Source: Fistulifera solaris (Eukaryota). From it: a stretch of 64,000 bases of DNA. The position numbers and the translations under genes were made by a program. The notes under the pieces are model-generated. The model was not told the DNA's origin and ran no database searches. It saw only the letters and a program-made list of their open reading frames with translations. Shown here one piece after another: positions 41,546 through 51,599 of this stretch. The stretch is from contig AP026162.1 of assembly GCA_030295235.1 (NCBI GenBank), positions 124,001 through 188,000 of the forward strand, given 5' to 3'. The stretch's first letter is position 1. Every line of letters begins with the position of its first letter.

Positions 41546-43088
41546 TCACTTGGGGTCCATGAGGGACGCTAGGGCAGCGCCAGTTGCAACCGCGGTACCA
41601 ACAGTAGCGAAAAAGAATGGCGTCCGCTTTTTCTTTTGTTCCTTTCTCCGTGCTTCTTCCATCTCTTCGTGTTTCAACTTGTCGCGTTGGTTCTTTTCGG
41701 CCATTTGTTTCGCGAATTCTTCCGGTAATACGGACGAATGGTGATGCACTATTTTCCATACTCCATTTTCGCACGCGTAAATGAACGAGTATCGAGCAAC
41801 GGCTTTGGAGCCATCCGCTCCCATGGTGAATTCATAGATCCCCGTATCTTGAGCCCAATTGGCTCCGACGGTAATTCGTCCTCCTAGAATCTCTGCTCGC
41901 GGAAGAAACTCCAAAAATGTGTCATAATAGTCTCGAATTTCGCCGGGCGTGATACGCGGTGGCCCGGATATCGTTGGAATAAAGCTCGCTTTAGAGGAAT
42001 ACAGATCCATGACTCTGGAGGAATCCAGTGTCGCCAGAGCCCTGTTCCATTGATCAAAAAGTGCCCGTACTTGTTGTGGATTGATCCGATTGGCGACAAC
42101 ACCATCTTCTGGCATGATTGACGAATGATGATGCGCAATTTTCCATCGCCCGTGGGTATATACATAAATGAACGAGAATCGGCCCCGTAGCCTCTCACCC
42201 GTAGCTTGGAACACGAATTCGTATATTCCACTGTCTTTGGCCCAATTGGTACCGATTTGGACGTTCGAGCGGAGAATTTGACATTGTGGTCGCAGACGGA
42301 GAAAAGCACGATAATAGTTGCGTATGCTGTTCGGATTGGTCAAAGGCGCATCGGATGCCGTCGGAAGTACGACGGCGTCTTCGGTATATCGATTCAACAC
42401 AGCTTCTGCATCTCCTGTCATCAATGCATCATTCCACAAATTAAATAGATTGCGAACTTGAGCCTCCGAAATGCGTTGCTCGACGACGACTGATTCGGGC
42501 ATGAAGGATGAATGATGATTGAGAATCTTCCATGTTCCGTTTTCTTTGACGTAAAGAACGAATAACGAGCCATCATGCTCGTCCCATCATCTAGGAATTT
42601 AAATTCATAGATTCCTACATCCTTGGCCCATCCATCTCCTATTTTAATCCGTCCTCCGACAATTTCGGCTTGCGGTTTCCGACGCAGAAAAATGTCAAAA
42701 TAGTCGACAATACTTTGTGTGGTATTACGAGGCTCGTCGCGAATGGTAGGAATGAGAATGGCTTCACTAGAATAGCACGCCGCAACCTTTTTTGGGTTTC
42801 CGGTAGCCAACGCTTGATTCCATTTATCAAATAGCTTTCGAATTTCTTCGGGAGAATTTGGTTTGACTTTTTCCACCAATCGGGCATGTTGAAGGATGCT
42901 AAGCTACCAAATGAATTCTCCGTGACAGCACTGTATATTGTAGTGACGGGAGAATTTTGTGTTGCGAAAGAACGACCGTGCATCCATGATTGTGTTATTT
43001 GTGACGGCGCTAAGAACGCCACGGTAAATTGAACCGTCCACAGAACGCAAGAAGCACAGCAAAGCGAATAAGACAGCGAACTTTTCAT
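41546..43088 (-). CDS. Iota-class carbonic anhydrase-like (COG4875/CaMKII association-domain fold), 3 domains, with bipartite presequence and hydrophobic C-tail
   Basis: Three domains with LF..WN.AL.T, PT and NHHSS/HHHSS/HHHSS. Signal peptide ends TVA-FLAP. 1-bp frameshifts near 42872 and 42554. Confidence 0.85.
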
Positions 43089-43298
43089 CTCGAACTCGTC
43101 AATGCGCGACTGTTTAATTGTGTTTATTCTTTAAATCATAAACGTTTTGGGCGTGAAAGGCATATCAGGAAGAGCAGATCGCTTCCAAAGTGACACCTTT
43201 CGTTTTCTTTCTCAATCTCCCTCCGACCTCCGAATAAACTGCAAGCAAAGAACTGCACCGCCCCGCCGCAACCGAAGCGACGTTCTCGCTTCTCGTCC

Positions 43299-43579
43299 AC
43301 GTCATCAGGAGCCAATACCGTTCAGACACAGGCCTACGGACAGACCATCGCTTCCGCGCAGTGCGCACGAACTTGAAGAACGGAAATCGACACTTTCGCT
43401 ACTTTAAATCCTATACTCTTGGAATTGAGAATGCAAAAGAATGTAAACGTTGTATGACGTCAACCCCCCATAAAATCACAGTCGAACCACGTCACACCTC
43501 TCTTGGTTTCACGTGTGATCCTACGTGCGTTCTGGTACTGAGAGCACGAGCTGACGTTCGGCGACGTAAAGCATGACGT
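43299..43579. promoter_or_regulatory. Cluster of TGACGT/ACGTCA (CRE/CCRE-like) motifs in a bidirectional promoter
   Basis: ACGTCA 43299, TGACGTCA 43455, ACGTCA 43489, TGACGT 43552, TGACGT 43574, plus CACGTG 43510. Confidence 0.65.
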
Positions 43580-43657
43580 CCGTTGTTTTTTGCCTCCTCA
43601 CGCGTCTCATAAATTTCATTTTTGTGACTTTATTCTCGCAACATCACATCCATCAAG

Positions 43658-45572
43658 ATGCGCTTCTCTGCTATCGCCCTTGCCAGTGCTGCTCTCCTCT
43701 CCAGCGAAGCGTTTGCCTTTGTGCAACACCCTCGCGCGGTCTCCAAGGCGGCTATTCACTCCGAAGCCGCCTTTGTTTCCCCGTCCTTCTTACGCCAAGA
43801 TCTGGGAACCTCTCTTTTTGTCGGCCGTCGCTGAAGACGAAAAGACAGTTGTCAAGTCTGGTAAGGCTGAACTCACCAAGGATGAAGAAGAGATTCGTTC
43901 TCTCTTTTCTCTCTGGAACAATGCCCTTGCCACGGGAGATTCGCGTCTTGTTGCGGCGCGTTACGCCAAGGATGCCGTCCTTCTTCCGACCGTGTCCGAC
44001 ACTCCGCGCACGACGCCCGAATTAATCAAGGACTACTTTGATGCTTTCTTGAAGCGAAAGCCTCAGGGTGTCATTACCGAGGGATACATCAAGATTGGTG
44101 ATGGATTTGCCAAGGACTCGTAAGTTCACTCACTTGTGTGTGTCGTCGAAAGCCGTCGTCGGTCGTTTACGTGCGTCATGACATCTAACACTCGACTTCT
44201 TTCTTTCAATCAACGACAGTGGTATCTACGAATTCACAATGGGTGATAACAACAGCAAGGTAGAAGCCCGATACACCTTTGTCTACGTCAAGGAGAATGG
44301 AAAGTGGAAGATCTTGCACCACCACTCTTCGGTCATGCCGGAAGGCATCAGCGTCGCCCAGAAAATCACCGAGAACGAAGTTCGAGGACTCTTCAACTTG
44401 TGGAACGACGCCTTGGCGACTTTGGATTCGGATGCCGTGGCCAGCCGATACGCCAAGACGGCCGTCTTGCTCCCCACCGTGTCGGACACGCCCCGCACCA
44501 GCTACGAGCTCATCAAAGACTACTTTGACAACTTCCTCAAACGCAAGCCTCAGGGTGAAATTTTGGAGTCCTACGTCCAAATTGGTACCAACTGGGCCAA
44601 GGACAGTGGTATCTACGAATTCACCATGGGTGACACCGGCGACAAGGTGAAGGGTCGTTACTCCTTCATCTACGTCTACGAAGACGGTCAATGGAAGATT
44701 TCGCACCACCACTCCTCGGTCATGCCCGAAGGCATTACCGTCGGACAAAAGATTGAAAAGGAAGAGGTTCGCAAGTTGTTCAACTTGTGGAACGATGCTT
44801 TGGCCACCAAAGACTCCGCCAAGGTCGCGGCTCGTTACTCGAAAAACGCCGTCCTTCTTCCCACCGTCTCGGACAAGCCCCGCACCAGCAACGAATTGAT
44901 TGTTGACTACTTTAACAACTTTTTGAAGTTGGAGCCCCAGGGTGTCATTGATGAGGGTGAGATCATTGTTGGAACCAACTGGGCACAGGATGCTGGTATC
45001 TACACTTTCACTTTGGGAGCATCGGGCAAGAAGGTCCAGGCTCGTTACTCGTTCGTTTACGTCTACGAGGACGGTGAGTGGAAGATCTCTCATCACCATT
45101 CTTCGATGATGCCCGAGAAGGTGACTGTCGCTGAACCCATCACCAAGGAGCAAGTCCGTGACTTGTTCGGATTGTGGAACGACGCTCTCGCCACCAAGGA
45201 CCCCAAGAAGGTCGCTGCCCGCTACTCCAAGAACGCTGTTCTTCTTCCCACCGTGTCGGACACTCCTCGTACTTCTCCTGAATTGATTGAGGACTACTTT
45301 GAGGCCTTCTTGAAGAAGGAACCCCAGGGTGTCATTGACAGTGGAGATATCACCATCGGAGCCAACTGGGCCCAGGATGCTGGTATCTACACCTTCACCA
45401 TGGGCAATGACGGATCCAAGGTTCAGGCCCGATACTCTTTCGTTTATGTATTTGAAGATGGTGAATGGAAGATCTCTCACCACCACTCCTCGGTCATGCC
45501 GGAGGCTTTGCTAAACCCCCAAAGGCCGAAGCAAAGAAAGAGGAAGTTGCGGAAGAGAAGGTTGAAGCATAA
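43658..45572 (+). CDS. Iota-class carbonic anhydrase, LCIP63-like, 4 domains, plastid-type presequence
   Basis: Presequence MRFSAIALASAALLSSEAFAFV; intron 44120-44219; four domains each ending HHHSS(V/M)MPE; frameshifts near 43820 and 45520; strong codon bias. Confidence 0.92.
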
Positions 45573-45704
45573 TCAAGTTATATCATGCATATAATTTTGT
45601 CCTAGTATCATCGTGAAAATTTAGTGTTTATTTACTAGCTAGAGAAAAGCTAAGTGTATTTGTCTGGTCCGTACTAAATCTACCACATCCAGTTTGCCTC
45701 TGTC

Positions 45705-47351
45705 GATCAATTTCCTACGAGCTCTAGGTAGACGATCGAAGTGTTGCAACTTTGTACTGCTTCATGTTTCAGAATCAAATCAAGCTCGATTATTGTTTCA
45801 TGCAATGTATTAGCGATGTTGGGCAAAGTATTGTTGACATTGGCGTCGAAAAGATGCGAAAAATGGTGTGATCGAAATTGCGCAATATCCGGGTATCCCC
45901 TCTGTCGATAAATTTCCTTACCAGAGCTACGTGAAATTACGTAGGCATTCGAAGCGTTGCATCGTTCGTTCAATAAATGTTTTGTTACTCGCTCAAACGC
46001 GATTATTGCTTCTCGATACGATGCGAATGCGGTTTGCAAGAATACGCTGACTTTTCTGCACTGGAGAGCCATGAATTGGATGATGGAGAAAAAGAGATTA
46101 TCCGGGTACCCCTGCAGAGATAAATTTCCTACGGCGGCTACGTACTCTGCGTGTAGACATTGGAAGCGTTGTATCTTTTTACTTTTTCATGTTTCACTGT
46201 CAAATCAAAGTCGATTATTGTTTCCTGTCGTGCATAGGCGATGTTGGGCAAAGTATTGTTGACATTGGTGTCGAAAAGATGCGAAAAATGGTGTGATCGA
46301 AATTGCGCAATATCCGGGTATCCCCTCTGTCGATAAATTTCCTACGAGAGCTACCGGTAAGTGAAAATACGTAGACATTCGAAGCGTTGCATCATTCGTT
46401 CCATCAACGTTTTGTTTTCAAATCAATAGCGATTCTTGCTTCTCGATACGAAACAAATACGATGCGCAAGCAAACGTCGACATTTAGGCACTGTAGAGTC
46501 AAGAATGGGATGACGGCGAAAAACAAAATATCCGGGTACCCCTGCAGAGATAAATTTCCTACGGCTGCTACGTACTCTGCGCGTAGACACTGGAAGCGTT
46601 GTGTCTTTGTACTGTTTCATGTTTTAGTGTCGAATTAAGTTCGATAATTGTTTTATGCAATGTATTAGCGATGTTGGGCAAAGTATTGTTGACATTGGTG
46701 TCGAAAAGATGCGAAAAATGGTGTGATCGAAATTGCGCAAAATCCGGGTATCCCCTCTGTCGATAAATTTCCTTACCAGAGCTACGTGAAATTACGTAGA
46801 CATTCGAAGCGTTGCATCATTCGTTCCATCAACGTTTTGTTTTCGAATCGAAGGCGTTTATTGCTTCCGGATACGAAAAAAATACGATGCGCAAGCAAAC
46901 GTCGACATTTAGGCACTGTAGAGTCAAGAATGGGATGACGGCGAAAAACAAAATATCCGGGTACCCCTGCAGAGATAAATTTCCTACGGCGGCTACGTAC
47001 TCTGCGCGTAGACACTGGAAGCGTTGTATTTTTTTTGCTTTTTCATGTTTCACTGTCAAATCAAAGTCGATTATTGTTTCATGTCATGCATACGCGGTGT
47101 TGGGAAAAGTATTGTTGACATTGGTGTCGAAAAGATGCGAAAAATGGTGTGATCGAAATTGCGCAATATCCGGGTATCCCCTCTGTCGATAAATTTCCCT
47201 ACGAGAGCTACCGGTAAGTGAAAATACGTAGACATTCGAAGCGTTGCATCATTCGTTCCATCAACGTTTTGTTTTCAAATCAATGGCGATTTTTGCTTCC
47301 GGATACAATGTCAATACGGTGCACAAGAAGAAGTTGACTTTTCTGCACTGA
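45705..47351. repeat. Satellite with ~427-bp unit (two diverged ~213-bp halves) and an ~855-bp higher-order period
   Basis: ATCGAAATTGCGCAA.ATCCGGGTATCCCCTCTGTCGATAAATTTCC at 45871, 46296, 46726 and 47151; half-unit TATCCGGGTACCCCTGCAGAGATAAATTTCC at ~46099, 46529 and 46954. Confidence 0.95.
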
Positions 47352-47361
47352 ATGAATACAC

Positions 47362-48858
47362 ATGACAAGCACGAAGAAAACACACGTTTTATATGTCGAT
47401 CATCAAGGCCATCCGGCTCCCTTAACGGAATGTTTTCACGCCACTGCGTCGCGTCGGCTTTCTTCGACACTGCAGCGGTTTCCTCCGTCTTCCGTCACTT
47501 CCATCGATAGTGCTTACTGCCCGAACTGCTTGACTTCGCAAGATCTTGTTCAATATTGCAATCGCTGTCAGCGTTGTTCAGTTTGTGTGCACTCGATGCT
47601 GCAAATTATGGTCCGTGACAATCACTGTGTGTACGAGTGTGCGACGTGTCAATGGCGCAGCGCTATTTCGGTACCCGTGGTCGAAAATGCGAGTAAAGTA
47701 GAAATAGCACGAGCCGCAGAAGATTTATGCTTACAAGTAAAAGAAGCGAGACAAGTGGCGGATCACAAAGATTTATTTTCCGAACGAAAGATACGTCGTG
47801 GAATTCAGTCACTGCGTTCGTTTGATCGAGACAAGGATTGGTCGTTGGAGATTCTCGAAGCAACGCTGGAAACGAAACGAAAAGAAAAGAGTATTCGTCC
47901 GGAAGAATCAAAAGTGGAGAGTAGTTTATCGATTCAACGCCTCAATCTAGAAGACGATGAGGATAGGACACCGACAAAGTTCGAAGGTACGATAGGAGCA
48001 TGGCAGTGGCAGGCCTTGGTTCGTGGTGTACATCGCAATGATCTGCTACCCTTACCGGTTCCTTTACGTGCTCGTCGAAGTCGTCGGTGTCGTGCTGAAC
48101 TTGCCTCGGGTCGTCCCGGAATTTTGGTCAAACCGAAAGTCAATCCTTTGGAGGGCGATAGCAGTTTACGAACCGGGCACGGTCAATGGTGGAGAAAGGT
48201 ACGCCAGTCAACTCAAGGTGAATTATTCTTTCAACTATGCAATATCTCACATGGCTTTTCATTCATTTTTTAGGATTCGAGCGCCATTCACGTAATACCG
48301 CGTGTACGCGTGGTAAAGACGGTCTACCAGGAAGCATCCATCCATTTTCTATTGCAGGTTACGAACCCCACTTTAGGTCTAATTCGAATGCGCTGGGGCC
48401 CTAGTCCTTATTGTGGAGAAGAGGATTGGGATGGAAATGTGACGTTGTTGTTACAGCACCTATTGGTTGACACCATAACACAGGAGCATTGGAACGTACG
48501 ACTGCTCGAAGCGGAAGAGAGGCAATTCGAGACAACCAAGATCATAGAGCTCGCGTCAGCCGAAGATACCTTGCTGGAATTAAATCACAATAGTGGTAAT
48601 CAAGTTCCAGAAGCTATATCCCGTTGGAGTGGTACCAGCGAACAGACTCAGTGGATCGGTCAGCAGCAACAAGACGCCTGGCTGGAAGTTGTCGTTGAAA
48701 TCAAATCAACAATAAAGAACAATGAGCATTTGGCGATTCCACTTCGGATGCAAGTCGAGCTTGGCAATGGTTCATGGGAATCATCGCTGATCGAGCAGGA
48801 TACTTCTAAAGAAACAGATTGGGTCGATATTGACGTGGTATTGACGTGGGAGTCATGA
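47362..48858 (+). CDS. DCTN4: Dynactin subunit 4 (p62)-like
   Basis: SIDSAYCPNCL, CNRCQRCSVC, CATCQW, PLRARRSRRC, ILVKP and VTNPT. Intron 48199-48273 joins the ORFs in frame. Confidence 0.75.
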
Positions 48859-48916
48859 GAGGCTTACTGTGGAACACGATGTTGATGTTTATTTCATGCA
48901 TTGAATTTTAGTTTGA

Positions 48917-50860
48917 TTATTCAATTTCCTCCATCGAATGATCATCAGGCGCGTCAATATCGCTGTCAGTCTTCTTTTCTTCATCGTGAATTGTGTGCCC
49001 CTCCGCTTCGCAATCGTTTTCTTCCTGGTCATGGTAATTGCTCGAGACTGGACTAACTGATCCCAGGATGTGGACCTCCACGTGCTCGTTCTCTACTTTT
49101 GAGTTGGACGTGAGCGCAGAATGCGAACGCTTGCTTCCGGACCTTTGCAGTTCCATGGACAAAGTCATGGAGGCAATGACCTGATTTTGGGCCGTCACAT
49201 CATCCTCACCGCAATCGCCATGATCCCCTTGCAAAACTGTGGACAAGGCGTATTGTTCACTACGTCCTGGTCGTAATAAAGCCACAAGGCTTGATTGGTT
49301 TTTGTCTTCGTCGACATCTAGCCATACCTTAACCACAAAGGATGAAAGATAATTATCGTCGAACGCCCAACTATCATAATGCAAGACCAAGTTCGATAAT
49401 GTGAGAGCCAATCCCGGACTAACGTGGAATTTGTGAGGCTCGCCTTCTCTGAGAATAGCAGTTGCTACTCCGGGAGCATCATAATGATGGATCCAAGGTT
49501 GGAGACAGGAATTGGCCAATATTTCTGCTCTGTCATTGCACCGATGGTATCGATAACGTTTCATTTCAAAGTCCGTTAGAAGGCATTGGTCGAGTGATTT
49601 GGTAATATCGCCTTGTTTCAAACCGATTCCAATGAACACAATTTCTTGTCGACGGTCACCATACGCGCCTTCAAATTTGGCTCGAATGCGTTGAATGTCA
49701 GCTTCGTCATCGACGCCCCATTCATTTTTAGGCAAGGTAACATACCAAGGAGTCATTGGGTGGATCATAACAAGTCTGCCACTATGAGCCCATCCACCGA
49801 TGTTTGCGTCGCGGCCAGCAATCCAACAGAAGCCTTTGGAGCGAATGATATGACCATACGTGCCACACATGTGTGTGAATCGGTTATCAAGCTCGCTCAT
49901 AAAGCTTGGCTGGTGGATTCTGTCACTATTCCAATCATGTGAAAAGCACAGAATTTGATTTACCCACTGTGCCAGACGACCAGAATGAAATGGTTTGCGA
50001 GCGCGATACACGAACGATGTAATGCCATATTCTTCGGATTCACTGATCATAGTCTTGTCTGATTGCATGGAGACCAACCAGCCAGGACTTTCTTCTGCAT
50101 CCTTCATGGTGAACATTCTTGTGTTAAGAATGAGATTAAGGTCGACGACGCCAAACTTCGTAGGGATGACGGTGGCTTTGGGGTTAAGTGTTCGAATCAT
50201 TTCTTTTGTTGCTTGACAGTCTTGTTCGGATACCAGATCCGTTTTGTTTAGCAGTATGACATTGGCAAACTCCACTTGCTCAATCAACAAATCAGCAATA
50301 CTCTTTTCGCCTTCTTCATCTGAGTCTTCCCCGAGACCATCCTTGAACTCATCTTTGAATCGTTTGAGGGAAGAGAGATGACGAGGGAAATCATTCGTGT
50401 CAATAACCGTGACACAAGTATCCAGTCGGGCCACACTCCAAAGCATCTTGGATGGATCGTCGGCGAGTACAGTTGTTTCAGGGTCTGCACAAAATCCTTC
50501 CGCGACTTGTTGGGGTTCGGCAATGCCCGTTGATTCAATCAAGATGTAATCAAACGTACCGATTTCTCGGATACGATTGATTTCACGGATCAAATCCCCT
50601 CGCAAGGTACAGCAAATGCACCCATTGGACATGGAAATCAGCTCCCTCTTCGTTTGCACGAGGCCACTTTGTTCAACTACAGCAGCATCAATATTGAGTT
50701 CGGCCATATCATTCACAATCACGGCAACTTTCATGTTATGGTCGTGCCACTTGAGGATATACTGCAGTAGCGTAGATTTTCCGGACCCTAGAAATCCCGA
50801 GATGACTGTTACAGGAATACGGACATCCTTTGCTTCCACTTGTCTATTCGTTTCCATCAT
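48917..50860 (-). CDS. COG0523/CobW-family G3E GTPase metallochaperone with a C-terminal nucleoplasmin-like extension
   Basis: GFLGSGKST, GCICC (CxCC), IESTG, NKTD and CobW_C motifs RSKGFCW and GDRRQEIVFIG, followed by ~190 extra aa with an acidic tail. Confidence 0.9.
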   Translation of the reverse strand: MMETNRQVEAKDVRIPVTVISGFLGSGKSTLLQYILKWHDHNMKVAVIVNDMAELNIDAAVVEQSGLVQTKRELISMSNGCICCTLRGDLIREINRIREIGTFDYILIESTGIAEPQQVAEGFCADPETTVLADDPSKMLWSVARLDTCVTVIDTNDFPRHLSSLKRFKDEFKDGLGEDSDEEGEKSIADLLIEQVEFANVILLNKTDLVSEQDCQATKEMIRTLNPKATVIPTKFGVVDLNLILNTRMFTMKDAEESPGWLVSMQSDKTMISESEEYGITSFVYRARKPFHSGRLAQWVNQILCFSHDWNSDRIHQPSFMSELDNRFTHMCGTYGHIIRSKGFCWIAGRDANIGGWAHSGRLVMIHPMTPWYVTLPKNEWGVDDEADIQRIRAKFEGAYGDRRQEIVFIGIGLKQGDITKSLDQCLLTDFEMKRYRYHRCNDRAEILANSCLQPWIHHYDAPGVATAILREGEPHKFHVSPGLALTLSNLVLHYDSWAFDDNYLSSFVVKVWLDVDEDKNQSSLVALLRPGRSEQYALSTVLQGDHGDCGEDDVTAQNQVIASMTLSMELQRSGSKRSHSALTSNSKVENEHVEVHILGSVSPVSSNYHDQEENDCEAEGHTIHDEEKKTDSDIDAPDDHSMEEIE

Positions 50861-51068
50861 GATGTATTTTCTCTGGAGTGAAATTTTGTGAATGGGAGAG
50901 AAAGTGTTGATGGTTTTGCAAAAGAAAAACAAATGCAATAGGCCATACCTGATACCTTTCTTTGGTCTAACTTTTACCTTTTGACGTTAGGGGAAGTTGA
51001 TCTAGGCTGCTGTATATAAACTTCTGGCTAAAAGAAAAGGTCGGAAGCTTTAAAAGGGCTTTTTAGTT

Positions 51069-51195
51069 AAATCGTATTAGACCTTCCTATGCACCTTGTC
51101 CTCAAGCTGTTTCGTTTTCGGCCTTGCTCTATAATAAAATCGTATTAGACCTACCTATGGTACCTTGTCTCTCTAGCTGTTTCGTTTTTGGCCTA
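51069..51195. repeat. Local direct duplication of ~57 bp
   Basis: AAATCGTATTAGACCT.CCTATG..ACCTTGTC...AGCTGTTTCGTTTT.GGCCT occurs twice, about 69 bp apart. Confidence 0.85.
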
Positions 51196-51374
51196 ATTTT
51201 TTTTTCCAAAAGAGCAAACGTGAAAAAGGCCACAATCCAGCAACCTGCAAGGCCATAACGCCATCCAAGATTCGTATAGGTTAGTCCCACTCGAGATTTG
51301 GCGACAAGCAAGAAGCAAGTGCCAAGTGCCAAGTCGAAGTTGCGATCCGGTATTTAGGCGCAAAGATCCATGGG

Positions 51375-51493
51375 TGACGTCAGATCTTTGAAATAACACG
51401 TCACACATGCGACACGAGGTCCACAGTAGGAAGTAAAAGTAAAGCACGCCGAATGCGAGGTCTCTTTGTAGTTTCGTGACGTGCCTGTGACGT
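51375..51493. promoter_or_regulatory. Cluster of TGACGT/ACGTCA (CRE/CCRE-like) motifs
   Basis: TGACGTCA 51375, ACGTCA 51398, TGACGT 51477 and TGACGT 51488, 110-225 bp upstream of the ATG at 51600. Confidence 0.65.
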
Positions 51494-51599
51494 ATGCGTA
51501 CGTGGTTGATCGTTGGTCTGATTATTCCGATCGTTCAAAAAAGCATTCATTCCTTGCATCACAAAAACGAAAAGCGCCGTTTCATTCATCCTTATCACA

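Noticed and set aside
44206..45486. 426-aa antisense ORF
   Set aside because: Shadow of the codon-biased iota-CA gene on the opposite strand; no motifs.
45707..47192. Short ORFs in the 427-bp satellite, considered as a decayed repeat protein
   Set aside because: Unit lengths do not preserve frame, stops are frequent and no domain is recognisable.
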